Shown here piece after piece: positions 23,031-24,000 of a stretch of DNA of 24,000 nucleotides. The notes beneath the pieces are model-generated. The model was not told where the DNA came from and ran no database searches. It worked only from the letters and a program-made list of their open reading frames with translations. The translations under genes and the position numbers were made by a program. The DNA is from an uncultured Peptococcaceae bacterium (lineage in GTDB: Bacteria > Bacillota > Desulfitobacteriia > Desulfitobacteriales > Desulfitobacteriaceae). The DNA is taken from positions 442,071 to 466,070 of the forward strand of contig CAURZJ010000002.1 of assembly GCA_963529635.1 (NCBI GenBank), read 5' to 3'. Numbering within the stretch: position 1 is the first letter of the stretch; every line of letters starts with the position of its first letter.

Positions 23031-24000
23031 TTGCACTCGATCCCCCTTCCCTTGTTTCTTCATATAAGAAGCAGCGAACCTTATGCCCTTCAATATCCTG
23101 CAGTTCCGGCATTGCTTGGGTACAGCGTTCCATACTCTGCTCACAACGGTCAGAGAAAGAGCAACCTGACGGCATATTAAGAGGATTAGGGACCATCCCC
23201 TTAATCATATACAAGCGTTCGTCACTATCATCATCGATTTGCGGAATGGAACGCAGCAAGCCCATGGTGTAAGGATGCAAGGGATTAACAAATAAACTCC
23301 TGACATCCGCTTCTTCCACGATTTTACCGCAGTACATGACGATAACACGGTCGGCCGCTTCCGAAACCACGCCCAAATCGTGGGTGATAAGCAAAACCGC
23401 CATATGGAACTTTTCACGCAACCGATAAAGTAGTTCAAGAATCTGGGCCTGAATCGTAACATCAAGCGCTGTCGTCGGTTCGTCGGCAATCAGAAGTTCA
23501 GGCTCACAAGCAAGGGCAAGGGCCGTCATCACCCTCTGGCGCATCCCTCCACTCATTTGGTGAGGATAATCGTTAGCCCTTTGAGCTGCAGAGGGAATCC
23601 CTACTGTATCCAGCATTTCGATAGCACGTTCGAGAGCCTCTTTTTTAGAAATCTTCATATGGGTCATAATGCTTTCCATAATCTGATCCTTAATACGCAT
23701 GACCGGATTCAGTGAGGTCATTGGCTCTTGGAAAATCATCGAGATTTGGTTGCCCCGAATCTTCTGCAGTTCTCTCTGATTCAATTTCGTTAAATCCTGC
23801 GATTTAAAGAGGATTTCTCCGCCTGATATCCTACCGGGCTTTTGTAAAAGTCCCATAACAGAAAGAGACGTCACACTTTTTCCTGAGCCGGACTCACCGA
23901 CAACAGCCAAAATCTCGCCCTTATCTATGGAAAAGCTGATATCATCGACTGCCTTGACAATCCCACGTTTCAGCTTAAATTCCGTACTTAAATTCTTAAC
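23023..24000 (-). CDS. Oligopeptide/dipeptide ABC transporter ATP-binding protein (OppD/DppD type), copy 2; 5' end is just off-window
   Basis: The frame stays open to the window edge (…[42 protein letters not shown]), matching residues about 5 onward of copy 1. The stop at 23023 overlaps the copy-2 oppF start by 8 nt. Confidence 0.9.
   Translation of the reverse strand, partial: VKNLSTEFKLKRGIVKAVDDISFSIDKGEILAVVGESGSGKSVTSLSVMGLLQKPGRISGGEILFKSQDLTKLNQRELQKIRGNQISMIFQEPMTSLNPVMRIKDQIMESIMTHMKISKKEALERAIEMLDTVGIPSAAQRANDYPHQMSGGMRQRVMTALALACEPELLIADEPTTALDVTIQAQILELLYRLREKFHMAVLLITHDLGVVSEAADRVIVMYCGKIVEEADVRSLFVNPLHPYTMGLLRSIPQIDDDSDERLYMIKGMVPNPLNMPSGCSFSDRCEQSMERCTQAMPELQDIEGHKVRCFLYEETREGGSSANE

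Larger units (their letters stand above)
22062..24000 (-). repeat. Duplicated oppD-oppF block, copy 2
   Basis: See copy 1. The exact-identity tracts here are 23257-23511 and 22315-22496. Confidence 0.9.

Noticed and set aside
22062-23144. N-terminal extensions in the ORF track (23144 for oppF2; also 7352 for pspA, 18074 for oppD1, 14028 for arsR, 2725 for lepB and 9439 for norB)
   Set aside because: The extensions overlap upstream genes or lack an SD. Internal starts have good SD sequences, match family N-termini, and in several cases give ATGA-type coupling.
1-24000. CRISPR arrays, tRNA or rRNA genes, IS elements or integrases, prophage or defence-island content
   Set aside because: A scan of both strands found no repeat-spacer periodicity. 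I found no tRNA T-arm or acceptor signatures such as GGTTCGAATCC, and no transposase, integrase or phage-like ORFs. The only long repeat is the oppDF duplication.

Overview
This 24-kb chromosomal window reads like a low-GC, strictly anaerobic Firmicute, possibly Desulfitobacterium- or Desulfosporosinus-like. That taxonomic guess rests only on gene content. I call 22 protein genes, 19 of them on the minus strand.

Left to right the window contains:
- the 3' end of cobS;
- a ~300-bp ORF-poor convergent spacer holding a strongly self-complementary candidate structured RNA;
- a class I/II aminotransferase, signal peptidase I, a GAF-GGDEF diguanylate cyclase and a TVP38/DedA membrane protein;
- a pspA gene paired with a Gly-rich/Tim44-like membrane protein gene, preceded by an ~800-bp ORF-free region that contains a yybP-ykoY (Mn2+) riboswitch with its own promoter and terminator;
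- cNOR-type norC-norB, glycerate kinase and a CDF metal transporter;
- the arsR-hgcA-hgcB mercury-methylation cluster, with a 19-6-19 palindromic operator laid over a near-consensus promoter;
- a CWB2/VanW cell-wall protein;
- two tandem Opp/Dpp-type ABC transporter operons whose ATPase genes are near-identical duplicates containing 255-bp and 182-bp perfectly identical tracts.

I saw no transposase, integrase, phage gene, CRISPR array, tRNA or rRNA.

The most significant system is arsR-hgcAB, a corrinoid protein plus ferredoxin pair. It is already described in the literature. The less explained items are the Mn riboswitch with no transporter downstream, the pspA/Tim44-like pair, and the structured element at 607-832. 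All calls come from reading the sequence and the ORF track. No searches were run.
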